Positions 29,205 to 37,992 of a stretch of DNA of 53,542 bases are shown in pieces. Below the pieces are notes generated by a model. It searched no databases and was not told the DNA's origin. It worked only from the letters and a program-made list of their open reading frames with translations. Positions within the stretch are counted from its first letter, which is position 1. Each line of letters opens with the position of its first letter. Source of the stretch: a virus (lineage: Duplodnaviria > Caudoviricetes); IMG/VR virus record IMGVR_UViG_3300010354_000121, positions 1 through 53,542 of that record; one strand, written 5' to 3'. The position numbers and the translations under genes are program-made.

Positions 29205-30454
29205 TGTCACATTTATATGAACCGTTTAAACCACAAGATGATGCATTTGGAAGACTGAGGGTTTCAGAACCTTTTACCCTAGGGGATTATAAGCATTTAT
29301 ACTCAATTGACCCGGATTTTATTGATGTAAAAGTCGGAACTGGAGCAACAGTTACTTTTAATCAAAACCAGGCAGCGGCCATTTTAAACTCTGGTATTAG
29401 TACAAACGGGCTTTGTATTCACCAATCGAAAAGATATCACCATTACATGCCAGGTAAATCACAGTTAATTTTTAGTTCATTTGTCTTTGGTGAGCCACAA
29501 CAAAATGTTATCAAGAGAACTGGTTATTTTGATGACCTAAATGGAATCTTTTTTGAACAAGATCAAAGTGGTGTCCTGAATTTTGTAATCCGATCTTTTA
29601 TATCAGGTATTGCATCAGACAGAAAAGTATCACGATCCGAATGGAATAAAGATAAATTAGACGGAAACGGTCCTTCTGGGTATACATTAGATGTCACTAA
29701 ATCCCAACTATTTTTTACTGATTTTGAATGGCTTGGTGTAGGAAGGGTTCGCTGTGGATTTAGTATTGATGGGAAAAATATAGTTGCCCATGAGTTTTAT
29801 AACTCAAACAATCTCAATACTGTTTATATGTCCAACCCCAACCTCCCTGTTAGATGTGAGGTCAGAAACACCGGTACTCAAGTTGGGGCTGGTGGATCAT
29901 TTTTACAAATTTGCTCATCCGTAATGAGTGAAGGTGGTTATACCGAAGCAGGTAGGGAATTTTCTCATGTGTCACCACTTAGGACTGTAGGAGTTGGTTC
30001 TACTGTACCGGTTATTGCGATCCGTCTTAAAAATTCTTTTAAAGGATACCCAAACAGAGCAACAGTAAAATTAGAAGATATTTCTATTATTAGTGTTGGA
30101 GATAATGTGAAGTATGAGGTTGTAAAAATAAGGGGATTTGCTGGATTTTCTACAATTGGAACCTGGGTCTCTGAAAGCGACGAATCTGTTGTTGAATATA
30201 ACGAGACTGCAACCGGGATAAGTACTGCAATTTTTGAAGATTTTATGGGAGGATTTGCTTCTGGTGATAGTCAGAATATAATCAAGCCATCGTCTGGTGG
30301 CTCACAATCACAGTTTGGTCCTACATCAAAGAAAAACTTTTTATCACAGAATTATGATTCAACTGATTCAGAAATTTTTTCGGTAAGAGTTTCAAATCTT
30401 GGAACCAATTCTACTAATGTCGGGGTTGCCATAAGATGGCGTGAAATCTACTAA
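29204..30454 (+). CDS. Hypothetical beta-rich virion protein
   Basis: DAFGRLRVS start, YMPGKSQL, DFEWLGVGRVR motifs seen in phage structural hypotheticals; late-gene context. Confidence 0.55.
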   Translation: MSHLYEPFKPQDDAFGRLRVSEPFTLGDYKHLYSIDPDFIDVKVGTGATVTFNQNQAAAILNSGISTNGLCIHQSKRYHHYMPGKSQLIFSSFVFGEPQQNVIKRTGYFDDLNGIFFEQDQSGVLNFVIRSFISGIASDRKVSRSEWNKDKLDGNGPSGYTLDVTKSQLFFTDFEWLGVGRVRCGFSIDGKNIVAHEFYNSNNLNTVYMSNPNLPVRCEVRNTGTQVGAGGSFLQICSSVMSEGGYTEAGREFSHVSPLRTVGVGSTVPVIAIRLKNSFKGYPNRATVKLEDISIISVGDNVKYEVVKIRGFAGFSTIGTWVSESDESVVEYNETATGISTAIFEDFMGGFASGDSQNIIKPSSGGSQSQFGPTSKKNFLSQNYDSTDSEIFSVRVSNLGTNSTNVGVAIRWREIY

Positions 30455-30513
30455 AAATAATAAATATATGATCAAAAATTTTACTAAATACATAATATAA
30501 AGCTGTTAGTCAA

Positions 30514-31218
30514 ATGCTTCTTGATAAAAAATCATCTGTTAAATTAACAACTAATCAACTTGTTCCGGCTGTCGCCATCGTAAATAGTGATGGAGAACAA
30601 GTATCTAGTTTTAGTGGAAGTGGGGGTGGTATCGGAACTAGTATTGTTACAGTTTCAAATACTAACTCAAATCCTGTCCCCATTAATGACGCAGCAAGTT
30701 CACTTACAGTTGACGGTAAGGCGTATAGAGTTGCCGTTGCCATTACTCGACCTTCAAATACAACTCAATACACTGCTGGCGATGTAATTGGAGTAGCAGA
30801 TAGTGGTACTCCGGCTAATGCTGGTAGTGCGATTATTAATTTGTCTGGGATTGGTCCAAGTGGTGGTTATGTTTTAATTCAAAGTGTCAGAATGTTGATT
30901 GGTATCACAAGTGTAACAAGTGGGATATCTGGATTTAGATTGCATTTATACACTTCTTCGCCTGCAGCGGCTCTTGATAATGCTGCCTTTGATCTAACAA
31001 GTGTAGATGTCGATAAATATGCGGGATATATTGATCTACCAACCCCTCAGGATTTAGGTTCAATTATATATACTCAAACAGACTATCCAGGAACATTGAT
31101 TAAGTTGGGAACTGGTAGCACTAGTTTATTTGCTGAATTAGAAACTAGAGGAACATTTATTCCTGCTAGCGGGACCGTATTTAATTTGCGAGTAATGACG
31201 CTGGAGGCGGGTCTCTGA
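30514..31218 (+). CDS. Hypothetical virion/decoration protein
   Basis: 234 aa, ITRPSNTTQYTAGDVIG motif; CTAAATA at 30484-30490; coupled to the next gene by TGATG overlap. Confidence 0.5.
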   Translation: MLLDKKSSVKLTTNQLVPAVAIVNSDGEQVSSFSGSGGGIGTSIVTVSNTNSNPVPINDAASSLTVDGKAYRVAVAITRPSNTTQYTAGDVIGVADSGTPANAGSAIINLSGIGPSGGYVLIQSVRMLIGITSVTSGISGFRLHLYTSSPAAALDNAAFDLTSVDVDKYAGYIDLPTPQDLGSIIYTQTDYPGTLIKLGTGSTSLFAELETRGTFIPASGTVFNLRVMTLEAGL

Positions 31219-32564
31219 TGAGGGGATCTGCGGCACTGCGAGCTTCTGTAGCGCCTGGTGGTCTACTGGCTGGCCCGTGGGTGCGCAATGAGCTTTGGCG
31301 TCGTGCCCTTGCAGTGCCGAGTTTAGACCTTCGGTTTGCCGAGAGCCGGAGCCTGATCGATGCGGTAAGCGGCCAGCAGCTAATCACTTTTACCCGGGCC
31401 AGTGACGGGACGTTTATAGGTAGCAACGGGTTAATACAGACGGCGGGCACCAACGTGCCGAGGTTTGACCATAACCCGCTGACGGGCGAGAGCCTGGGGC
31501 TGCTGGTGGAGGAGCAAAGGACAAACAGCATCCGCAACAACACGATGGCGGGTGCGGTAGCCGGGACGCCGGGGACGCTGCCGACTAACTGGACTGATGT
31601 AGGACTTTTATCTGGATTATCGAGACAGGTTGTAGAAATTGGAACGCTTAACGGCGTAAGCTATATTGACCTTCGCTTTTATGGTACAACTAATTCAACT
31701 TTTTTCGCAATTGCGCTTGAGGGTAACTCCAATATCAGTGCTGCAACTGGACAGCAGTGGTCAGAGTCAGCTTGGATTTCTATTGTTAATGGTACTACTA
31801 ATAACATTTCAAGTTTCGCATTTAATATTGTTGAGAGAACTTCTGGAGGGGGACTCGTTTTCCAGCAAACCGGAGGAAACTTACTAGGACTCGTTAATAA
31901 CTCATTGCTTAGATACTCTTCCACATTTACCTTGAGTGGTGGTGCAACAACTGCATTCGTAGTTCCACGTATAATTTTTGGATGCTCAACTGGCTCCGTC
32001 ATCGACATAACCCTCCGCATTGGTCTGCCCCAGCTAGAGCTGGGCGCGTTTGCCACCAGCGTGATCCCGACATCTGGTACATCCGTCACCCGCAGTGCTG
32101 ACGTGGCGAGTATCACGGGGAGTGCGTTTAGCTCGTGGTATCGGCAGGATGAGGGGACGATCTTTATAGAAGGAATTATGGCGCCAGTTGTTTCTAGATT
32201 TCCTACAGAATGGGCGCTACATGATGGCACCGCATTAAATTCAATACAAGCTTACAATTTTACAAATGCATACGCAGCAACAGTCCGTAAAACTGGTGAA
32301 GCCAACACTGACCCAACACTAAGTGCAACGGTTGCCAGTGGAATTCTATACAGAAAAGCTGTTGCAATAATAGCAGCCAATTATCGTATTGCGGCAAACG
32401 GAACTGAAGGTGCGTCTGTTAATCCTGCATTCATCCCGTCTGTAGACAGGATCACTCTTGGCAGCAATCCAACGGGTGGCGGGAATTTGAACGCACCAAT
32501 CCGCCGCCTGTCGTACTGGCCCCGCAGGCTCGACAACACCACGCTTCAGGCCCTGACCCAGTAG
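31218..32564 (+). CDS. Head-fibre / lectin-like (LamG-type) structural protein, GC-rich and probably horizontally acquired
   Basis: ITFTRAS, PRFDHNPLTGESLGLLVEEQRTN, QLELGAFATSVIPT and IRRLSYWPRRL motifs; codon use unlike flanking genes. Confidence 0.6.
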   Translation: MRGSAALRASVAPGGLLAGPWVRNELWRRALAVPSLDLRFAESRSLIDAVSGQQLITFTRASDGTFIGSNGLIQTAGTNVPRFDHNPLTGESLGLLVEEQRTNSIRNNTMAGAVAGTPGTLPTNWTDVGLLSGLSRQVVEIGTLNGVSYIDLRFYGTTNSTFFAIALEGNSNISAATGQQWSESAWISIVNGTTNNISSFAFNIVERTSGGGLVFQQTGGNLLGLVNNSLLRYSSTFTLSGGATTAFVVPRIIFGCSTGSVIDITLRIGLPQLELGAFATSVIPTSGTSVTRSADVASITGSAFSSWYRQDEGTIFIEGIMAPVVSRFPTEWALHDGTALNSIQAYNFTNAYAATVRKTGEANTDPTLSATVASGILYRKAVAIIAANYRIAANGTEGASVNPAFIPSVDRITLGSNPTGGGNLNAPIRRLSYWPRRLDNTTLQALTQ

Positions 32565-32566
32565 CC

Positions 32567-32899
32567 ATGTTTTGTTTTCGCTTTCCCGACCGCGAGACCT
32601 TCCGCAGCCTGGCTGAGGCTGAAGGGCTGATTACGTTGACCGGCGAGCTGATCACCGCCAGCCACACGCACGCCATCGATGAGGTGGGCACGATCTACGA
32701 AGACGGCAGCTACGACCCAGAAACCGGCGAAGTCCTAACACCTCCTGTCGCGCTCGACGGTTGGCACGTAAACGCCATGGGCATTGCCCCTGAGGCGTGG
32801 GATCCCTATCTCTGCATCGTGAATCATCCGGCGCGGGTATTCGCTGGTGGTTCCACCCAGGCACCCGCCACTGATGTTCTGGAGGAGATCGTAAAATGA
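32567..32899 (+). CDS. Small acidic protein partnered with the fibre gene (possible chaperone)
   Basis: 110 aa, GC-rich, DGWHVN motif, 2 nt after the fibre gene stop. Confidence 0.55.
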   Translation: MFCFRFPDRETFRSLAEAEGLITLTGELITASHTHAIDEVGTIYEDGSYDPETGEVLTPPVALDGWHVNAMGIAPEAWDPYLCIVNHPARVFAGGSTQAPATDVLEEIVK

Positions 32900-33006
32900 A
32901 CCCCTATCTCCGCGCTGCTCAAAAATCCCCCGAATTCCGTAAGCGAGCCCAAGAAGTTCTAGACAAACGCCTAGAACATAATGAAAACCAAAGCCCCTTT
33001 GGATGA
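32896..33006 (+). CDS. Possible 36-aa ORF or remnant at the right edge of the GC-rich island
   Basis: ATGA overlap with the previous gene; MNPYLRAAQKSPEFRKRAQEVLDKRLEHNENQSPFG. Confidence 0.3.
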   Translation: MNPYLRAAQKSPEFRKRAQEVLDKRLEHNENQSPFG

Positions 33007-33156
33007 AGTTTCCTCCCTGGTCCCAGATAATTTGGTTTTAAAAGACCCTGGACTAACACAAAATTAAAAATTTTCGGTAGTTTATTACTTAATCTAAAAA
33101 GTTTTTAATGCTGGCTTTTCCTGAAACATAAATAAATATATCACTTAGTTATTATT

Positions 33157-33723
33157 ATGGCCGCATTTAAAATAGTACAAAATATCGATTCACTTGTTCT
33201 TCCATTAAGTGGGGTGAGTACAAGTCAACCTATTGCCCTAAAAAGCGGTTATTTGAGGATTAGATCAGAATCTGATTGTTATCTTGAAATAGGATATAAT
33301 CCAGTCGGGGTTAATACTAATTCTAGTTTATGGATTGATCGATCTGAAACTTTAGTAATAAAGGAACCTATTGCCTCGCAAAGAGTAGTAGGAGTATTAA
33401 CAGGAACAACAACCTTAATTGATTTTCCACAAGGAACCGGATCTCCAGTTGAGGTTAATGATTATGTAAATCTTTCTGGTATTCAACCAACCGGAATAAA
33501 CACTAGTTTTGCAAGAGTTTCTCAGATTTATACGTCTTCTAATGTTGGTGGATATTATTCTACTCGTATAGCATTAGACTGGAATACATCAAATATAAGT
33601 GGAATTGTCACTGTAACCAATAGTGCTGAAATACGAAAAGCAATTAAAGTTTCGGCTCTTGATGGCGGTTTTGGTCCAAATAAAGTTCACATCACAGAAA
33701 TTCAAATAACATCAGAGGCATAA
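33157..33723 (+). CDS. Hypothetical virion protein upstream of prohead protease
   Basis: 188 aa; TAAATA motifs upstream; 2 nt before gp21. Confidence 0.6.
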   Translation: MAAFKIVQNIDSLVLPLSGVSTSQPIALKSGYLRIRSESDCYLEIGYNPVGVNTNSSLWIDRSETLVIKEPIASQRVVGVLTGTTTLIDFPQGTGSPVEVNDYVNLSGIQPTGINTSFARVSQIYTSSNVGGYYSTRIALDWNTSNISGIVTVTNSAEIRKAIKVSALDGGFGPNKVHITEIQITSEA

Positions 33724-33725
33724 AA

Positions 33726-34376
33726 ATGAAACTAATCATCGAAGAAGCCGAATCAGTAAAATATATTACTGAAGAAGTCAATGGTAAAAAGGCCCTTTTT
33801 ATTGAGGGTAATTTTCTCATGGGCAATAACCCCAATAGAAACAACAGGGTTTATCCAATGGAAATCCTAAGAGAAGCCGTAAAAACTTATACAAACAATT
33901 TTATTGATTCTAAAAGATCTCTTGGTGAACTGAATCACAATTCAGTTCCAGGTGTTGATCTAACAAAAGTATCTCATATGATTACTTCTCTTAAAGAGAA
34001 TGGTAATTATTTTTATGGTAAGGCCAGAATTCTTAATACCCCAATGGGTAAAATTGCCCAGGGTCTTATTGATGAAGGTGTTGTTCTTGGCGTTAGTTCA
34101 CGGGCTCTTGGTAGTGTAAAACCAACTAATGAAGGATATTCCGTGGTCGGTCCTGATCTTGTTATTAATTGTGTTGATATTGTTCACGATCCTTCTGTTG
34201 GTGCTGCTGCTTTTGTTAATGGCATTTATGAAGGTAAAGAGTGGATTTATGATTCTGCCAAGCAAGAATACGTTGCAATGAATATTAAAAACAAGATTGA
34301 ACGTGACGTAGTGAGTAGAAAATTATCCGAAGAGCGGATGATTATGCATTTTGAGAATTACTTAAACATGCTCTGA
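33726..34376 (+). CDS. gp21: Prohead protease gp21
   Basis: MKLIIE, NRNNRVYP, LGEL-H, ILNTPMGKI, LGVSSRALGS, DIVHDPS. Confidence 0.92.
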   Translation: MKLIIEEAESVKYITEEVNGKKALFIEGNFLMGNNPNRNNRVYPMEILREAVKTYTNNFIDSKRSLGELNHNSVPGVDLTKVSHMITSLKENGNYFYGKARILNTPMGKIAQGLIDEGVVLGVSSRALGSVKPTNEGYSVVGPDLVINCVDIVHDPSVGAAAFVNGIYEGKEWIYDSAKQEYVAMNIKNKIERDVVSRKLSEERMIMHFENYLNML

Positions 34377-34406
34377 TACTAAATAAATGTATAAAGTATC
34401 TACTTT

Positions 34407-34414
34407 TATAAATA
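34407..34414 (+). promoter_or_regulatory. Late promoter TATAAATA for gp22-gp23
   Basis: Exact consensus; AAGGAGA ribosome-binding site before the ATG at 34453. Confidence 0.7.
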
Positions 34415-34452
34415 ACAATAGAGTAATAACAACTGTTAAGGAGACTTTTTAA

Positions 34453-35634
34453 ATGGCTCGCAAGCAACAACTAGATGAAATGGAAGCAAAGAACTCTCAG
34501 TCAAAGACTAAGGTTAATGCAAGTGCCAAACCTGGCGATCCAATGCCAAAGCTAACCACTGGTATTCCTGATGGTCAGACTGGTGGTTGGGAAGATCTTG
34601 GAGGACCTACCCCAGAAAATGCCAAGCCCGATGATGATAGCGCAAAGCTAAAAGATCCGGCCGCCAATATCCAACGGGTCGCCAATATCATCCGTGGCCG
34701 TAAAGGTTCACAAGAAGGCGATCAGACCATGTCTAAAATGCATCTTCCCGAAGAGGATGAGCAAGACGAAGACGATCTAGTAGTCGAAGAATCTTCTTGC
34801 GAAGACGAAGAAGATGATGAAGACGAGGATGACGAAAAGGAAGAAAAGGGCCACAAAAAACAAAAGAAAATGGATGAAGAAATCGACCTAGAAGACGAAG
34901 AAGATTTCGACATCCAAGAAGATGTTGAGGCTCTTGTCGGTGGCGAAGATCTTTCTGAAGAGTTCAAAGAAAAGGCCAAGACCATCTTTGAGGCCGCTCT
35001 TCGATCTAAAGTCTCCGAAATTAAAGAATCTCTTGAAGAGCAGTATAACGCGGCTCTCCAAGAAGAAGTTCAGGCCATTGCCGAAGAACTTCAAGAACGT
35101 GCTGATTCCTACCTTGAATATGTTGCAGAAGAGTGGATGCATGAGAATCAGCTCGCTATCACTCGCGGTATTAAGGAAGAACTCACTGAGAGCTTCCTTG
35201 TAAATCTCAAGGGACTTTTTGAACAACATTATGTATCCATGCCAGATGAAAAATACGATGTCCTTGAGAATATGGTGAAAAAACTAGATGAAATGGAAAA
35301 TAAACTCAACGAGCAAATTGACAAAAATATCCAACTAAACAAGCGTCTCTGTGAGGCGGTTGCCGAAGGTATTTTTGACGATGTAGCTGATGGCCTAGCC
35401 GCCACTCAGAAAGAAAAGCTCGCCTCACTTGCCGAAAGTGTTGAGTTTGAAAGTGAAAATTCATATCGTGAAAAACTAGAGACCCTACGGGAATCATATT
35501 TCCCGGTAACTTATGTCTCTTCAATTGCACAGCCTGAAGTGCTCACTGAAGACACTGAATACGTTGCGAATGAGTCCTACTCAAACTCAATGAATCAGTA
35601 TCTCAAGGCAGCTTCACTGCTTGCTAATAATTGA
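34453..35634 (+). CDS. gp22: Prohead core scaffold protein gp22
   Basis: LSEEFKEKAKTIFEAAL, YLEYVAEEWM, acidic coiled coil; between gp21 and gp23. Confidence 0.9.
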   Translation: MARKQQLDEMEAKNSQSKTKVNASAKPGDPMPKLTTGIPDGQTGGWEDLGGPTPENAKPDDDSAKLKDPAANIQRVANIIRGRKGSQEGDQTMSKMHLPEEDEQDEDDLVVEESSCEDEEDDEDEDDEKEEKGHKKQKKMDEEIDLEDEEDFDIQEDVEALVGGEDLSEEFKEKAKTIFEAALRSKVSEIKESLEEQYNAALQEEVQAIAEELQERADSYLEYVAEEWMHENQLAITRGIKEELTESFLVNLKGLFEQHYVSMPDEKYDVLENMVKKLDEMENKLNEQIDKNIQLNKRLCEAVAEGIFDDVADGLAATQKEKLASLAESVEFESENSYREKLETLRESYFPVTYVSSIAQPEVLTEDTEYVANESYSNSMNQYLKAASLLANN

Positions 35635-35683
35635 TTTCAATATTAAATCAAACCCAAACTTTAAACTCTAAAAGGTAACGCAA

Positions 35684-37090
35684 ATGTCCGAACTAAACGA
35701 ACAACATCTGCTAGAAAAGTGGGCGCCTCTTCTGAACTTTGATGGCCTTGAGCCCATCAAGGATTCTCATCGTCGGAAGGTAACCGCTATTCTACTAGAG
35801 AACCAAGAAAAAGAACTCCGTGAGACCAATGCTTTTAATAATGGTCTCCTTATGGAAACTACCCTAGGTAACGCCCCTGGCGCTTCTGGTGGTTTCAGTG
35901 GTTCAGCCGCTGCTGGTGGTCCAGTAGCCGGTTTTGACCCAATCCTAATCAGCCTGATTCGTCGGGCCATGCCTAATCTGGTCGCTTATGATCTTGCTGG
36001 CGTACAGCCTATGACCGGTCCTACTGGTCTTATCTTCGCCATGCGCTCTCGTTATAACAGCCAGACTGGTGATGAGACCTTCTACAATGAAGTCGATACT
36101 TCATTCTCTGGTCAAAACAGTGGTCGTAGCCTAACCGCCGGTATTAGCTCTGCTATTTCTGGTATGGGTACCACTGCTGGTCAGCAAGGCACCAACCCTG
36201 GTCTACTCAACCCAACCGGTTCCGCTAACCAGGCTGCTTATAACCTTGGTCAAGGTATGGTAACTGGTGATGCCGAAAACCTAGGTAACGGCGATAACAA
36301 CCAGTTCAATGAAATGAGCTTCTCTATTGAGAAAGTTCTTGTTGAAGCAAAGAGCCGTGCTCTGCGTGCCGAGTACACCATTGAGCTTGCCCAGGACCTC
36401 AAGGCCATTCATGGTCTTTCTGCCGAGGCCGAGCTGGCTAACATTCTGTCTACCGAAATTCTGGCCGAAATGAACCGCGAGGTTATTCGTACCATTTATA
36501 AGGTAGCCGAACAGGGTGCAGCCGTAAATACCGCAACTCCTGGTGTATTTGACCTTGATATCGACAGCAACGGTCGTTGGTCCGTTGAGAAGTTTAAGGG
36601 TCTTCTTTTCCAAATCGAGCGCGATGCAAACGCTATCGCCCAGCGTACTCGTCGCGGGAAGGGTAACGTAATCATGTGCTCCGCCGATGTAGCCTCTGCG
36701 CTAACCATGGCCGGTGTACTCGATTATACTCCTGCTCTTAATGCTAACCTGAACGTAGACGATACTGGCAATACTTTTGCTGGTGTTCTTATGGGTAAGT
36801 ATCGTGTTTATATCGATCCTTATTCTGCCAACGTTAATGCTACTCAGTATTATGTTGTTGGTTATAAAGGTTCTAATCCATTCGACTTCGGGCTCGCATA
36901 TTGTCCATATATTCCGCTCCAAATGGTTCGTGCTGTAGATCCTAAGACCTATCAGCCTTCCATCGGATTTAAGACTCGTTATGGCATGGTGGCAAACCCC
37001 TTTGCTGAGGGTCCTGATAAGGGTCTAGGTGCTCTTAAGATTAATAGCAACAGATATTATCGTCGTGTAGCGATAAAAAATATTTCTTGA
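35684..37090 (+). CDS. gp23: Major capsid protein gp23
   Basis: LIRRAMPNLVAYDLAGVQPMTGPTGLIFAMRSRY, GRWSVEKFKGL, IGFKTRYGM. Confidence 0.97.
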   Translation: MSELNEQHLLEKWAPLLNFDGLEPIKDSHRRKVTAILLENQEKELRETNAFNNGLLMETTLGNAPGASGGFSGSAAAGGPVAGFDPILISLIRRAMPNLVAYDLAGVQPMTGPTGLIFAMRSRYNSQTGDETFYNEVDTSFSGQNSGRSLTAGISSAISGMGTTAGQQGTNPGLLNPTGSANQAAYNLGQGMVTGDAENLGNGDNNQFNEMSFSIEKVLVEAKSRALRAEYTIELAQDLKAIHGLSAEAELANILSTEILAEMNREVIRTIYKVAEQGAAVNTATPGVFDLDIDSNGRWSVEKFKGLLFQIERDANAIAQRTRRGKGNVIMCSADVASALTMAGVLDYTPALNANLNVDDTGNTFAGVLMGKYRVYIDPYSANVNATQYYVVGYKGSNPFDFGLAYCPYIPLQMVRAVDPKTYQPSIGFKTRYGMVANPFAEGPDKGLGALKINSNRYYRRVAIKNIS

Positions 37091-37120
37091 GGTCTAAAAT
37101 TTGTCTTGAATTTAATATAT

Positions 37121-37150
37121 AAAGAGGTGGGAAACCACCTCTTTTTTATT
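37121..37150. terminator. Intrinsic terminator after gp23, probably bidirectional
   Basis: AAAGAGGTGG-GAAA-CCACCTCTTT followed by T-run, between convergent genes. Confidence 0.85.
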
Positions 37151-37151
37151 G

Positions 37152-37940
37152 TTAATTATCAGGATACTTCTTCCTACATTTATACTTTCTATGATGACTC
37201 CTTTCACCAGCGGCCACCAAATACATTTTAGAGCGGTCTAAACCACGCTCTTTACAAAAATCGGAAAGATTGACCACTTCTAACTCTTCACCTTCAGGTG
37301 TTATAACAATCCATTCTTTTTGTTTGGCCTCAATGTTTTTCTTAAGAGCATCTTCTTGTAAGGCGGCAGCACGAAGTTTTGCTTTAGATTCTTCAGTGTG
37401 CTGACGACCTCTTGATTTGTCACCAATCTTCTTTCTATGTTCTTCTCTCTTGGGAACCCCTTTATGTGTTTTACTTATTTTTTCTCTGGCCTCTTTGGTG
37501 TGCGTTTTCCCTTTATGTTTTTCTGACATAAGTTTCTTTGACTCTTCACTATGAGTCCTACCATAAAAAGGATTCATTTCACCGTACTTTGGAGCGGGTT
37601 TATTTGCAAGATAAAAATTAAATAAAATACCACTCTCCTCATAACCAATTCTACCGTATTTTCTAATTTCTAGCTCCTCCAAATCGTAAGCATATTTTTC
37701 TGTCATATTTTCTTGAATTTTAAAAATCACAGGCTCAATGCCTTTGACCCTAAGTTTTAAAATATGACCGGTTAATCTTTTATTTCTAGTAGTCTTCATA
37801 GTATCAGACAAATGCTGATAGCATCTACGGTTTTTACCTTTGCCAACATAAAAAGGGATCCCAGTCATGGGGTTGATCAAGTGATAGACATAATAGACAG
37901 GATCAAGAGAGTAATCGGAATCAGAAACCAGCTCAAACAT
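37152..37940 (-). CDS. GIY-YIG family homing endonuclease with NUMOD3-type repeats
   Basis: YYVYHL...PFYVGKGKNRR N-terminus; repeats FYGRTHSEESKKLMS, KGKTHTKEAREKIS, RGRQHTEESKAKL. Confidence 0.8.
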   Translation of the reverse strand: MFELVSDSDYSLDPVYYVYHLINPMTGIPFYVGKGKNRRCYQHLSDTMKTTRNKRLTGHILKLRVKGIEPVIFKIQENMTEKYAYDLEELEIRKYGRIGYEESGILFNFYLANKPAPKYGEMNPFYGRTHSEESKKLMSEKHKGKTHTKEAREKISKTHKGVPKREEHRKKIGDKSRGRQHTEESKAKLRAAALQEDALKKNIEAKQKEWIVITPEGEELEVVNLSDFCKERGLDRSKMYLVAAGERSHHRKYKCRKKYPDN

Positions 37941-37963
37941 TTTTTATCGACTCAATTTCGGAA

Positions 37964-37992
37964 ATTATACTATATATCCCCGAATTTGTCAA
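37964..37992 (-). promoter_or_regulatory. Sigma70-type promoter for the GIY-YIG gene
   Basis: Minus strand reads TTGACA-17 nt-TATAAT, a perfect consensus. Confidence 0.8.

Noticed and set aside
31218-32564. Diversity-generating retroelement target
   Set aside because: No reverse transcriptase and no near-identical template repeat differing at adenines are visible in the window.
34750-34925. GAAGAC/GAAGAT low-complexity repeats
   Set aside because: They encode the acidic Glu/Asp tract of scaffold protein gp22.
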